Source: Sminthopsis crassicaudata (taxonomy: Eukaryota). From it: DNA of 64,000 nucleotides. The translations under genes and the position numbers were made by a program. Below, piece by piece: positions 52,102-63,179 of this stretch (position 1 is its first letter; every line of letters starts with the position of its first letter). The notes beneath the pieces were generated by a model that worked only from the letters and a program-made list of their open reading frames with translations, made no database searches and was not told where the DNA came from. The DNA lies in contig NC_133622.1 of assembly GCF_048593235.1 (NCBI RefSeq), positions 239,289,198 through 239,353,197 of the forward strand, given 5' to 3'.

Positions 52102-53749
52102 TATGTGTGATATATATGTATGCATATATATATATGTATGTATATATATATATGTACATCTACACATATGAATCTTTATATACATTAGTACACAGAAAAA
52201 TACATATGTATGTAAACATATGTATATTATATGCATATTGTGTATATGTTTTTCTTCTAATAAAATATAAATTTTGTGACCACAGACTATATAATGTTTG
52301 TCTTCATATTCCCCTTGCCTAGTATACTCTTTTGTATATAGTAGGAGTTAATACATACTTATTGATGAATTGACTCTATGGATAGATACTGTTAATTTAA
52401 CTAATTCTATAAAGGATGAGTATCCATAATATTTTCATGTTGATGAAGGATGATTCTCTTCCCCTAAACATTTTAACCCATGGAGTTAGAAAGAGTACAA
52501 AAACGGTGTTGTTAGAATCCTTGATATAGAAACTAGAACTCTTCACTCCCATTACTGCACTTTAAAATTTGTGGAGATGAACTTTGGAGTTAATCCAAAA
52601 GAAGACCTGAAACATTGCCAATAAAGATGTATCAGTAAAATTAACAAACTCAACACAAGTGAATGACAAGTTTAGATGTTAAAACTTGTCAGAATGAAGA
52701 CTGAATCACTGACTTTGGTATGTCTGACTAATTCTATACACTGTGGGTTGATTTCATCATTTTTGCATGGAGTTTTTAAGAAACAAGGCAGTTCCTTTTA
52801 GAAGTTTCATTTTATCTCAAGGTCACTGAATAAATGGATAAAGATTTTGTGAACAAAGCCAATGGAGGAGAAGAAGAAATTAATCTATAAGAAGAAATAA
52901 TTGAGAAAGGATAAAAAAGTTAATAAGTAAAGGCTATTGGAAATGGAAGAGACTTTGTCCATTGCCTAATCCACTCCTTTATTTTGTGGCTGGAGAGAGA
53001 GGAGAGAGTCTATGGTCCAAAATAATGAAATAATGTGACTAAAAGCAAGAGCTATTGAATGGCAGTTTCTCTGAATTCAGGTACAATATCCTTTCATCAT
53101 GTTTTCTCAATTATACATTTATATGCCAAAGAATGGCACAAGAACTTTAGCATTTGCAATACCACTCACATCAATCTGCAGACAATACCAACCTGACATC
53201 CACAACTCAAAATCACCATTCTTGTTTTTAAGAAGCCAACCTTTCCCATAAACTGCCATTCATAGGGAAGGAAGGCTGACCTATTTAATGTAGGAAGACA
53301 TTGTAATATAGAGAGAAAAGACACAGTACTGGTCAGTCAAAGTGAAACTCTGCTTCAACTTTTATTGCTATCTCCACCCAGATTCTAATACAGACAGCTT
53401 AGGATTCTGAATTGAAAAGTTTTAAAAATAGCAGTGCCCCTCATCGCCTCCTACCCCCCCCCCATCACAAGACCTACTTCTAGCCCAGCCCAGCCCAGGT
53501 AGGCCTTGCCCCTTCTATACAATTCTATACAAAATTACTAGTTTGGTATTAATGTTAAACAAAACAAAACAAAAAAAAAAAAAAACAGACATGAAATAGC
53601 TTTGTATGTTGAATAAAAAATGTGAATGTCAACTTTTAAACTTTTCCTTTTAAAAAAAATTACAAAAATAAACAACAAACACAAACATTGTGATATACAA
53701 AAAATGATTAAAAATAGAGTTAAATATAAAACTGAATTTCTCTCCTTTC

Positions 53750-53888
53750 CTTTAGTCGTGCTTCCAGTCCTTGTGGTATCTATCAGTCCAGGGCTATTTC
53801 TGAGGCTGTTTTATCTAATTGGTTGTGAGGGAGTAAGGACGTTCACAGAGTTGTGTGTTTCTTCTCTGCCATCTTGGCTCCGCCCCCC
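53750..53888 (-). mobile_element. Isolated L1 5' terminus (~140 nt of 5' UTR)
   Basis: Reverse complement begins GGGGGGCGGAGCCAAGATGGCAGAG, the canonical L1 5' start. Absent from the paralog at 63763-63768. Confidence 0.8.
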
Positions 53889-54137
53889 AATAGATTCTAG
53901 ATTCATAAAATTTGAATAATTATTTGCTCAGATATAATTTCAAGAAAATCTCATTCAGTAACAATGACACAGGAGATAGAAGATTATCTTTAATTATCTC
54001 TTTTGTGGGCCATAATGAAGGAAATAGAGAAAGTAGAAAATGCCATAGAGATTCTTAGTAGCCTGACTGGCTAAGGTGATGAGGACAGATAAAAGCTTCC
54101 AAGCATTGTTATAAAACTCAGTTTCTTGATACAGGAA

Positions 54138-54358
54138 AAGTGGCCATCACTATTTATCATGAGACAATTCTTTTCCTTTATTGTGGGCCTAGGAGTCAAA
54201 ACTTAAAGGAGGAGATGAAAGTAGCTTCTGTCTTTTATACTGTGATAAACCCTATGCTGAATCCCCTGATCTATAGTCTGAGAAACAAAGATATGAAGGA
54301 AACTGTTAGCAATTTAAAGATTGTCAAAATCTTACCTCAATTAATTCATTGTCATTAA
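54138..54358 (+). pseudogene. OR fragment (TM6-ECL3-TM7-C-terminus)
   Basis: [17 protein letters not shown]...[28 protein letters not shown]. Weak OR-like similarity may extend to ~53990. Confidence 0.92.
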
Positions 54359-54689
54359 TTCTTTGTCCTCATAGCCTAATTGTACATTGAACCCCCTCCG
54401 TGATTCAACAATATTAACCTTTGTTCTGTTCATTACATACAGTACATTTTCCCTCTTAGTGTTTTGTTCTTGTCCTGTCCCTTGGAAAATAAAAATGAAT
54501 TTCCTCCTTATCTCCTGTAATTTTGCTCTTATTTATGGACACAGTTAAAACACCACCTTTTACACAATGATTCTCCTGATTGCTTCGCCTAGCCCCCAAC
54601 TGTTACTTCTTTCATCCCTCTTTTCCTAGTTATGTTCCAATACTCTTTTTTTCTAAGGAAATTTGTTGCTTCTGCTCTAATTTTTTTTT

Positions 54690-54900
54690 TTTTGCTGTTG
54701 TTTAGACATCCTAATCATGCTTGACTCTTCATAACACTATTTGGGTTATTCTTGGAAAAGATTCTGGAGAAATTTTCCATTCCTTCCACAATTTATTTTA
54801 CAGATGAGGAACTGAGGCAAGCAGGATTGTGTGCTCAAAATCACAGAGTTAATGACATATGAAGTTAAATTTGAATTCAGGCCTTTCTGCTACACTGTGA
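54690..54900 (-). mobile_element. Mar1-like CORE-SINE
   Basis: Antisense tail (TTCTTGGAAAAGATTCTGGAG...TTCCATTCCTTC) and CORE (TTTTACAGATGAGGAACTGAGGC). Confidence 0.8.
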
Positions 54901-55169
54901 AACCAAGCTTCCCATAAAGATTATTTTATTCTTTGTAGTTGTAATCCAAGATCCTAGGACGATAGTAGGTATTTAGCAGGCATTTAGTAAGTTCTTATTT
55001 ATTTAATGAATCCTTCAAATTACTGTACTACTTCTTAGGTCAGAGTTGAGCCAAAATTTCCCTGCTGCTTTTCCATAAATATACTGCTTCTATCTCTTCT
55101 TCATACTTTCTGGTGTTATTCAAGTAATTTCATTGCCACTTAAGTGAATGAATAATATTGATGAAATGA

Positions 55170-55450
55170 GCACTCCCTCCAATTGTCCCACCTTCTCCAG
55201 CTGGGAAATTCTTACTCATGTTTTGTACCCCACTAAAGAAGTTCTACTAAATGCCTTCTGATGGATCTGTCTGACTTAAATTTTTCCCCACTTCAATCTA
55301 TACTTCATTCAGCCATGAAAATAATCTTTCTAAGTTAGATCTGACCACATTGACCACCCTCCTCCAGCAAATTCCAGTGACCCCTTTTCATTTTTAAGAT
55401 CAAGTTCAAAATCATTTCTCTAGCATCCAAAGCCCTTCATACCATATGCC
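55170..55450 (+). mobile_element. L2 remnant
   Basis: CTTTCTAAGTTAGATCTGACCAC...TTCCAGTGACCCC...CAAAGCCCTTCATA, typical of L2 3' regions. Confidence 0.6.
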
Positions 55451-57882
55451 AGAACTTCTTAAACTTTTTTTTTGTATTTTCTTTTATGTCTAACAAATTT
55501 TTATGAAACCCTGGGTATATAAGTATATAAAATTTGCATACAAATCAAACATTTACAGATAAAAAATCATGCTCTAGCAAAACCCAATTCAGTTATGTGA
55601 CTTCATATGGTATTACAATTCATAATTGAAAAAAATATTGCCACTGTTTCAACCTTTCCAGACTTTTAAATCTTACTTGCCACCACATACTCTGATATAG
55701 TAATTGATGTTCTTGCCAGTCCTCAAAGAAGACTCTGTTTACTGGCTTATCTGTTTTTTTTTTTTTCCCCTTCCTTGGAATGATCCCCCCCCCTTTTTTT
55801 TATAATTTATTTTCCTTTTTACGGCCTTTTTATATCCCAACTAAAATTGTATTTTGTCCAAAGAAGTCATTACAAATTTTTCTGAATTCTACTGCTTTCC
55901 TTTTGTTATTTATTTATTATTTATTCTGTATATAGAACCTATGAAAATATTTTCTTGCTTTGGAGGACTCTTGCAATTTTCCCCAATAATTCATATTATA
56001 CAAAATTAATTGTTCTTTAAGTGGTAGGAAGGAGTCTCTTATGAATCTTTATAGACCGATAATTTTTTTCTTTCTTATGGAGCTTATTTATGATTGGTTC
56101 ATTTATCCCATTGGGCAAGAAGTATTCTATTTCTCTTAATCTGGACAAGTTATTGGTCACAATTGCTGGTGGAATTGTCTGTCATGCAACTGACACCAAG
56201 TTGCCTCTTTCTCAATGGATTCCTGCAAGTAATGTTCTTTCATAGTGTAACTGAAGCTACTATTGCTGTTGTTCCTTTTATTTTGGGAAATGTGACATGA
56301 AATTTTGTATGGGCAATGTAACAGAGTCCTGAATCCAGTGCCAGAAAAAAAAGTTCTTTGCAATCTCTTTCTTCCCAGTTCTTTGACGCCACCACTGTTC
56401 TTGGATGGAGAACTTATTGCTGCCCATGTGACTACTTCCATGGGCCACCACTAGTGCTGAGATGGGACTTGCCAGTCTTAACTGGGCTGCAGGGTGAACA
56501 CCCTGAACCCGAGACAGACCTATTTTGCAGACCTCCTAATTGTCTTGGATTAGAAGTCATTTCAACTGAACTTTTATCAATTCTACAATCCTAGCATGTT
56601 ACTAGACATGGTATTTTAGAGTTGTTAGGAAGAGAATTTTTGAAATATTCATCTCTCTGAAGATCATTAAGGACAAATATTATGTATTGTTCATTCTTAT
56701 ATCTTGCAGAACATGTGATAAAATTATATATACATTCAGTGGTACAATAGAGTAGACCAGAACAGAACAGAGATCAAGATACTTTATGAGGTAATTTTAA
56801 CTAGAATAGATGAATATTTTTCTCATTTGTCTATATGTTGAGTATTCAATTATTAATAAATGCTTTCCTAATCATATCAAATTCAATGCAATTAAATTAT
56901 CCTTTTGACACCTCAAAATTATATTTCTTTTGACACTGGGTTTGTTTCTTATAAAGTTGCTGAAATATCTATTGGTAGACACAGCCAGGGAGAAGTCCCA
57001 AATGATCTTGGTACAGTTTGGGGACACTCCTTTTTCATATTGATTTTCCCAGCATAATTTCCTGGGAAGATCCCTGACATTGCATCCCAATTTACCTTGC
57101 AGATGATTTGGGGGATAAATTTATAATTAAAAAAGACTCCAGTATTGTAACAATCTACTTTATTTTTACCAACTCTATTTAGACATATTAACTATCTTTG
57201 CATGATGCTACAATTATTGTAAAGTTAAAGTGATAGGAATATCCATATGTTCTATTTTATTCTAAATCTAAAGAAATGACAAGACCAATCTTTTCATTGC
57301 TAAAGATGAAGATATAAAGTCTATGATTCTTTAAAATTTCTTTAAAAAGCCTATCTCTAGACCTTCCTTTGGAATATTTTCTACTTAATTAGCAACAATC
57401 ATTCAAGTTTAATGACTCATTATATTCTTTTCATTATATCTGGTAAAATACTTTACATATAGTAACTCTTTTGAAAAAAATACTTCTTGATTTATATACA
57501 AATGGCAAATAAATCATTGTTTTTTTTTTTTCCTTTTAAACAAGGAAAACAATATACATAGCTACCATTCATCTATCCTATGTTTATAACCACAATTTAA
57601 TTTTTCAACAATCCTGTAAGGTGAGTTTTAAGAGTCTTGTGATGACTATTTTTACAGATTAAGAAACTATGGATCTTAGACATTAAGAAAAATACATTTT
57701 TTTTTTTTTTTTACAGACTACAAATATTGGAGTTGGTTATTTGAAGCTGTCTCCATGATGTTAAGGCAAGCACTGGAATCATTACATAACAGAGCATTTA
57801 TATTTAAATAATGGGGCTATAAAATTTGGTCTCAGGATTCCTCACTTGCCAATTTGATATACTCAGTATTATAAAACTATTC

Positions 57883-58004
57883 CTGGGCAGCTAGTTGGTA
57901 TAGTGGAGAGAACCCAGAAGTCAGGAGGACTGGACAATTAACACTTCCTTAGCTGTGTGACCCTGGGCAAGTCACTTAACCCCAATTGCCTCAGGGGAAA
58001 AGCA
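57883..58004 (+). mobile_element. WSINE1-like SINE with internal deletions and 12-bp TSD
   Basis: GGGCAGCTAG...AGCTGTGTGACCCTGGGCAAGTCACTTAACCCCAATTGCCTCAG. ATAAAACTATTC at 57871-57882 and 58005-58016. Confidence 0.88.
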
Positions 58005-58734
58005 ATAAAACTATTCTTTTTGAAGGACAATTCTAGAAAGATGGAATTAACCATCAGGAATTTTCAAGCTCTCCGGATTTCCCTCATAAACAGAAGAAAT
58101 CTGAACTTCAGAGTGAACTGGGACTGGGGAAGAATCAAGAAGAGTTAGGGCAGAAAAGGGATCCTCCTGGTACAATCCAAGAAAAGCCAAAGAAAGAACC
58201 CAGGCCATGTTATAGTGGCTTAATAAGCATTTGTTAAATTGAAGTATCTAAATGATTTTAATCCCTTGTCTACTACACCTAAACTCTGTGCATAGTAATT
58301 TTTTTGTTATGGTTCTTTTAAAATCCAGGCACTGACCTGACTCTCTGAACTTGAATTTATTTTATTTGTATTGAATTGAACTGAATATTACTGGGCTGAT
58401 TTTTGTTGAATGCTACAGATAAGAAACCAAATAATTAAGGAATTTCTAATGTTACCCATACACATTTTTTTCTGTATGCTTTCTCTACCATTAAGGATAT
58501 TTGGAAACCAACTGACAGAATTACCAGGGGAAATAATGGAATTGAACAGTTTTGTTTTTCTGTACAGTGGTTTACTATTTTATCATCCAAATGCATATTT
58601 CAATAAAGTTTAGGAAGGATATTAGAATCAGTGAGAAATAAGAAAATTGAGAAACAGTTCTCTAGAGGGACATATCCTTTGTGTTTTCAAGGGCATCTCA
58701 TTTTATAAAGACAACACATGAGATATGGCAGTAT

Positions 58735-59260
58735 ATCTAATCATTTGTTTTTAGGCCCATGGGAAGGGCAGAAAAACACAGTAACATCAAACTTTAATAA
58801 TAGATTCCCTTGGGGCTGGGTCTCCAAAGTCTTAGAAATAGATTTAAGATGCATAGCATTGCCTCCATTTTTGCCTCCATTTCAGTAAGGTGGCTCATCT
58901 TTGTCCTTAGGTCTTAAACTTAGGTATGAAATAGTGTGGATTTTGTTTTGTGCACTCAATGAAGATAGTTACGCTTTTCTGTGGGAATACCTTACATGTT
59001 CACTACTGATCTCAGGCTGAGCACAGTCTCTCTGGATGCTTATTCATCATGGAAGTGTTTTAAGAGCAGTCTCATTTGTGAGAGAACTAGGGAGGTAGGG
59101 ATTATATACTCTATGGGAGCACACAGACTGGGCATTCAGCATACTTGGGCTTTTCTTCTTCTTCCTTAGTCCGGGATGCCTTTCTTTCATAACTGTGGCA
59201 CATAAAATGTCAAAAAACTGGGAACCTAAGGCACATTTCCTCTAAGCAAGGTAACAATTT
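58735..59260 (+). promoter_or_regulatory. Candidate promoter and non-coding exon for the OR at 61296
   Basis: CCCATGGGA at 58756-58764, TCCCTTGGGG at 58806-58815, donors at 58924 and 59251. Confidence 0.5.
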
Positions 59261-61295
59261 ATTTACAATGATGTGTATAGGTTAAACTGGTCCCTTCAGT
59301 TAAGTAGTGACGCAATTGGGAGAGAATTAGAAAAGTTGGAAAGTCTTATAATTTGAAGCAGCTGAAAAACTAAGTAGACAATCAGTTATGGCTGGTTATG
59401 CTCCTCTCTGATATTAAGGAATGTTAATTGCTTTATGCATCTCAACTGCTTCCAATAATCTTGGCTAGAAACCCAGAGTCACCCCAATCAAAACTTCCCC
59501 TTGTCCTGGTTTTGCAAGGAGAAACAATGTCAGAAGAAAAGTCCCTTATAGAAGATCTGAGTCTAAATTGGTTTTGTTTACTGGAAACAAAATAAAGGTC
59601 TCAGATTAAAATAGTTGGAAAGTAAATGTAGTCAGAATAGGAGGGGATGGCATAAAGGCATTTGGAGTGATCACATCATTCACTCACATTTAATTCAGAT
59701 TTGGAGAGACCATGGCTTTGAACTTAACAGAGAAATTGGGTTTGACAAAATGGGGAATAGCATAAATGAGTTTAAATGATAAAGCATAATTTTAATTTCC
59801 TCATGACATCTAAAAATGAGAAACTTCAGGGGAAAATTGTAGTTGTTGAATTAAAATATTAAGTGTCATCAACATGCATTTATTTAATACTTTTTAAGAA
59901 TAACATACTATAAAGCTGTGAATCATTAAATATAATTCCTGTGTTCAAGGGATTCAAAGCTTTTTTGGAGGTAAAAGACATACTGTTTTTGTGCTTGACC
60001 AATCTCAAATTGTACTGCAATATGGATCACAAATCTTTAAAAGAAGATTTCTCTCAAAGACTTAATTATGACCAAAAATTATACCATGTCATAACCATTA
60101 AACAATAAGCTTATTTACAGAATATTTGGTTCTGAGAAAACAAATTTCTTGTCTTCCTTTTTTTGTACTTTGATCCCTCCCAACTTAAAAGGCTTTGCCA
60201 GATTTTGACCTCTGTTGGCCTAATTTTCTGAAACTCAGATAAGGAGTTGGTAGATGGATAGAAATAAGGCTGCTTTATCTATCTGTCTATCTTCTATCTA
60301 TCAATCATTGTTCTAATCTATCTTTATATATATACACATATATACCAATATTTTGTTATAGATATGTTATTTTACACATTAAGAATATTATGCTAAATAT
60401 AATTTGTTGAAAAAGTGTTTAATATATATTGTTATATCTATATATCTATGTTTTTATATGCTTATATATGTGTATGTATATATTGTATATGTCATCCTTA
60501 ATAATATGAAAGACAACTTGGTATACCATATAGAAAGTTAGCTTCAGTATTAGGAAGACCAAGTTCTAAGTTCTTCCTTTGCTATATACTAAATTTATGA
60601 GTGCTGGCAAATCACTGAACATCCTAGAGCTACTCTGAGCAAGTATTTAAGACTTTAAAGGGATAAAAAAGAAAATAGTGTACATAAGCACAGAGATTGT
60701 CTTTATGTGAGTGCTTCACATACCAAAGAAGTCATATATCTAGCTCCTATTCCTATTAATAATATAAACCAAAATATACAGAATTGAAAGTGAATATTGA
60801 AGGTAATAAGTACTCCATGTATTGAAAGAGGGGCATAGTCACTGGGAGCTATAAGAGGTCATGGAAAGGGGAGCAATGGGAAGAAATCTAATAGATTTCT
60901 TAATTTTCATGAAAAGTTTGGTATTCAGAATCTTAAGAATTGTCATCTTTATCATCTATATATACATATAATATACTTACAAATTCCATTATACTGCATA
61001 AAAATGTTAAAATCTAAAAAAGGACAAACTTTTAAGTTTAAGCTGCATTATTAACATTGTATACATCCCTTTCTTAGATTCAGACAGTCTACTATGCAAT
61101 AAGTTCTGACTTGTGACTTTTGCTAATTTCCAAGTCGTTATTGCTCACATGAAAATTTATCAACTGGCTGTCTTAAGCCTATAATAGAAGCTAGAATTTA
61201 ACAATGTCAAACTACTCACCCTTCAAACATTGCTTCCACTATTTTTAATGCTTTGTTTTTAAAAATACACTTTCTACTTCTTTCCAGCAGGCGCC

Positions 61296-62240
61296 ATGTT
61301 GAATGCGGACAAAAATCAGACTGTTGAAGCTACATTCATACTCATAGGATTTTCTGATTACCCAGATCTTCAAGTCCCTCTCTTCCTTCTGTTTTTGACC
61401 ATTTATGTGATAACTGTTATGGGAAATCTGGGCATGATTGTAGTCATCAAGATCAACCCCAAATTGCACACTCCCATGTACTTCTTCCTTAGTCACTTGT
61501 CCTTTGTGGATCTCTGTTTTTCTACAATAGTTACCCCCAAACTATTAGAGAATTTACTTGTGGAAGATAGAACGATCTCTATCTCAGCTTGCATCACACA
61601 GTTCTTTTTTGCTGTAACAGCCGTGATAACAGAAACATTCATGTTGGCAGTGATGGCCTATGACCGCTTTGCGGCCATTTGTAATCCTCTTCTCTACACA
61701 GTTGCCATGTCTCAAAAGCTTTGTACTTTGCTGGTCACTGGGGTATATTCATGGGGAATAATATCTTCCCTGATATTCACATATTCTCTCCTGGTATTGT
61801 CTTTTTGTGGGACTAATATGATCAATAACTTCCTTTGTGAGTACTATGTCATCCTCACTGCTTCCTGCTCAGATAGGCATTTTAGTGAAATTATACTTGC
61901 TATCTTTGCCAATTTCAATGAATTAAGCACCCTTATAATCATTATCATGTCTTATTTTTTAATTTTTGTCACTGTCATGAAAATGCGTTCTGCCAGTGGG
62001 AGGCGTAAAACATTCTCCACTTGTGCCTCCCATCTAACAGCGATCACCATCTTTCATGGGACACTTCTCTTTCTCTACTGTGTACCCACTTCAAAAAAGC
62101 TCATGGCTCATAGTCAAAGTGGGTTCTGTTTTTTATGCAGTAGTGATCCCCATGCTGAATCCCATAATATACAGTTTGAGGAACAAAGAGATGAAGGAAA
62201 CTCTCAGGAAATTAGTAGGCAACACATATTTTCTAGTTGA
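61296..62240 (+). pseudogene. OR5D-like receptor with a +1 frameshift before TM7 (pseudogene or homopolymer error); paralog of 51157
   Basis: A6 at 62093-62098 versus A5 in the paralog. TM7 ([19 protein letters not shown]) lies in the other frame (ORF 62056-62253). Confidence 0.88.
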
Positions 62241-63032
62241 TATATGTGTTTGATATCTATCTATATTTACATACTTACATATACACACATGCATATGCGT
62301 ACACAGAAATACACATATGTATATATACATACATATATGCTTATTGTGTATATGTTTTTCTTCTAATAAAATATAAATTTTGTGACCACAGACTATTTAA
62401 TGTTTGTTTTCATATTCCCATTGCCTAATATAATCTTTTTTATGTAGTAGGAGTTAATAAATACTTATTGATGAGTAAATTCTGTGGGTAGATAATATTA
62501 ATTTAGCCAATGCTATAAAGGATGAGTATCCCTAGTATTTTCATGTTGATACGGGATGATTCTGTTCCCCTAAACATTCTAGCCCATGGAGTTAGAAAGA
62601 GTATAAAAACAGTGTTGTGGGAATCCTTGATATAAAAACTGGAACTCATCATTCCCATTATTGTACTTTAAAATTTGTGGACATAAACTTTGGAGTTAAT
62701 CCAAATAGAGATGTATCAATAAAATTAATAAAACTCTTAACAGAACACTAGTAGATGACAAATTTAGAGGTTAAAACATGACAGAATGAGAATGGAATCA
62801 CTGACTTTGGTATATCTGACTTCTTTACACTGTGGGTTGATTTTGGCATTTTTATATGGATTTTTTTTTAAGAAACAAGGCAGTTCCTTTTAGAAGTCTC
62901 ATTTTATCTCAAGGTCACTGAGTAAATGGAGAAAGATTTTGTGACCAAAGCTAATGGATGGGAAGGAGAAATTAATCTATAAGAAGAAATAATTTAGAAA
63001 TGACAAAAAAGTTAATAAGAAAAAGCTACTGG

Positions 63033-63132
63033 AGGGGCAGCTAGGAGAACCCGAGTTCAAATTTAGTCTCAGAAGCTTAACACCTCCTAGCTGTATGACC
63101 CTGGGCAAGTCACTTAACCCCAGCCTCAGGAA

Positions 63133-63177
<45 letters not shown>
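63033..63177 (+). mobile_element. Young WSINE1-like SINE lacking the A-box region, long poly(A), 16-bp TSD
   Basis: AAGAAAAAGCTACTGG at 63017-63032 and 63178-63193. Absent from the paralog at ~52925-52945. Confidence 0.92.

Positions 63178-63179
<2 letters not shown>

Larger units (their letters stand above)
47837..54116 (+). repeat. Tandem duplication unit 1 (paralog 58221-64000)
   Basis: Continuous collinear similarity including the OR and its flanks; offset 10.4 kb at the left end, 9.9 kb at the window end. Confidence 0.97.

Noticed and set aside
62091-62100. Programmed ribosomal frameshift or transcriptional slippage rescuing the OR
   Set aside because: A6 is short, no stimulatory structure is evident, and the paralog has A5. 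Mutation or sequencing error is simpler.
22723-63177. tRNA genes suggested by A/B-box-like motifs
   Set aside because: All are heads of CORE-SINEs followed by CORE and tail sequence; none forms a complete cloverleaf.
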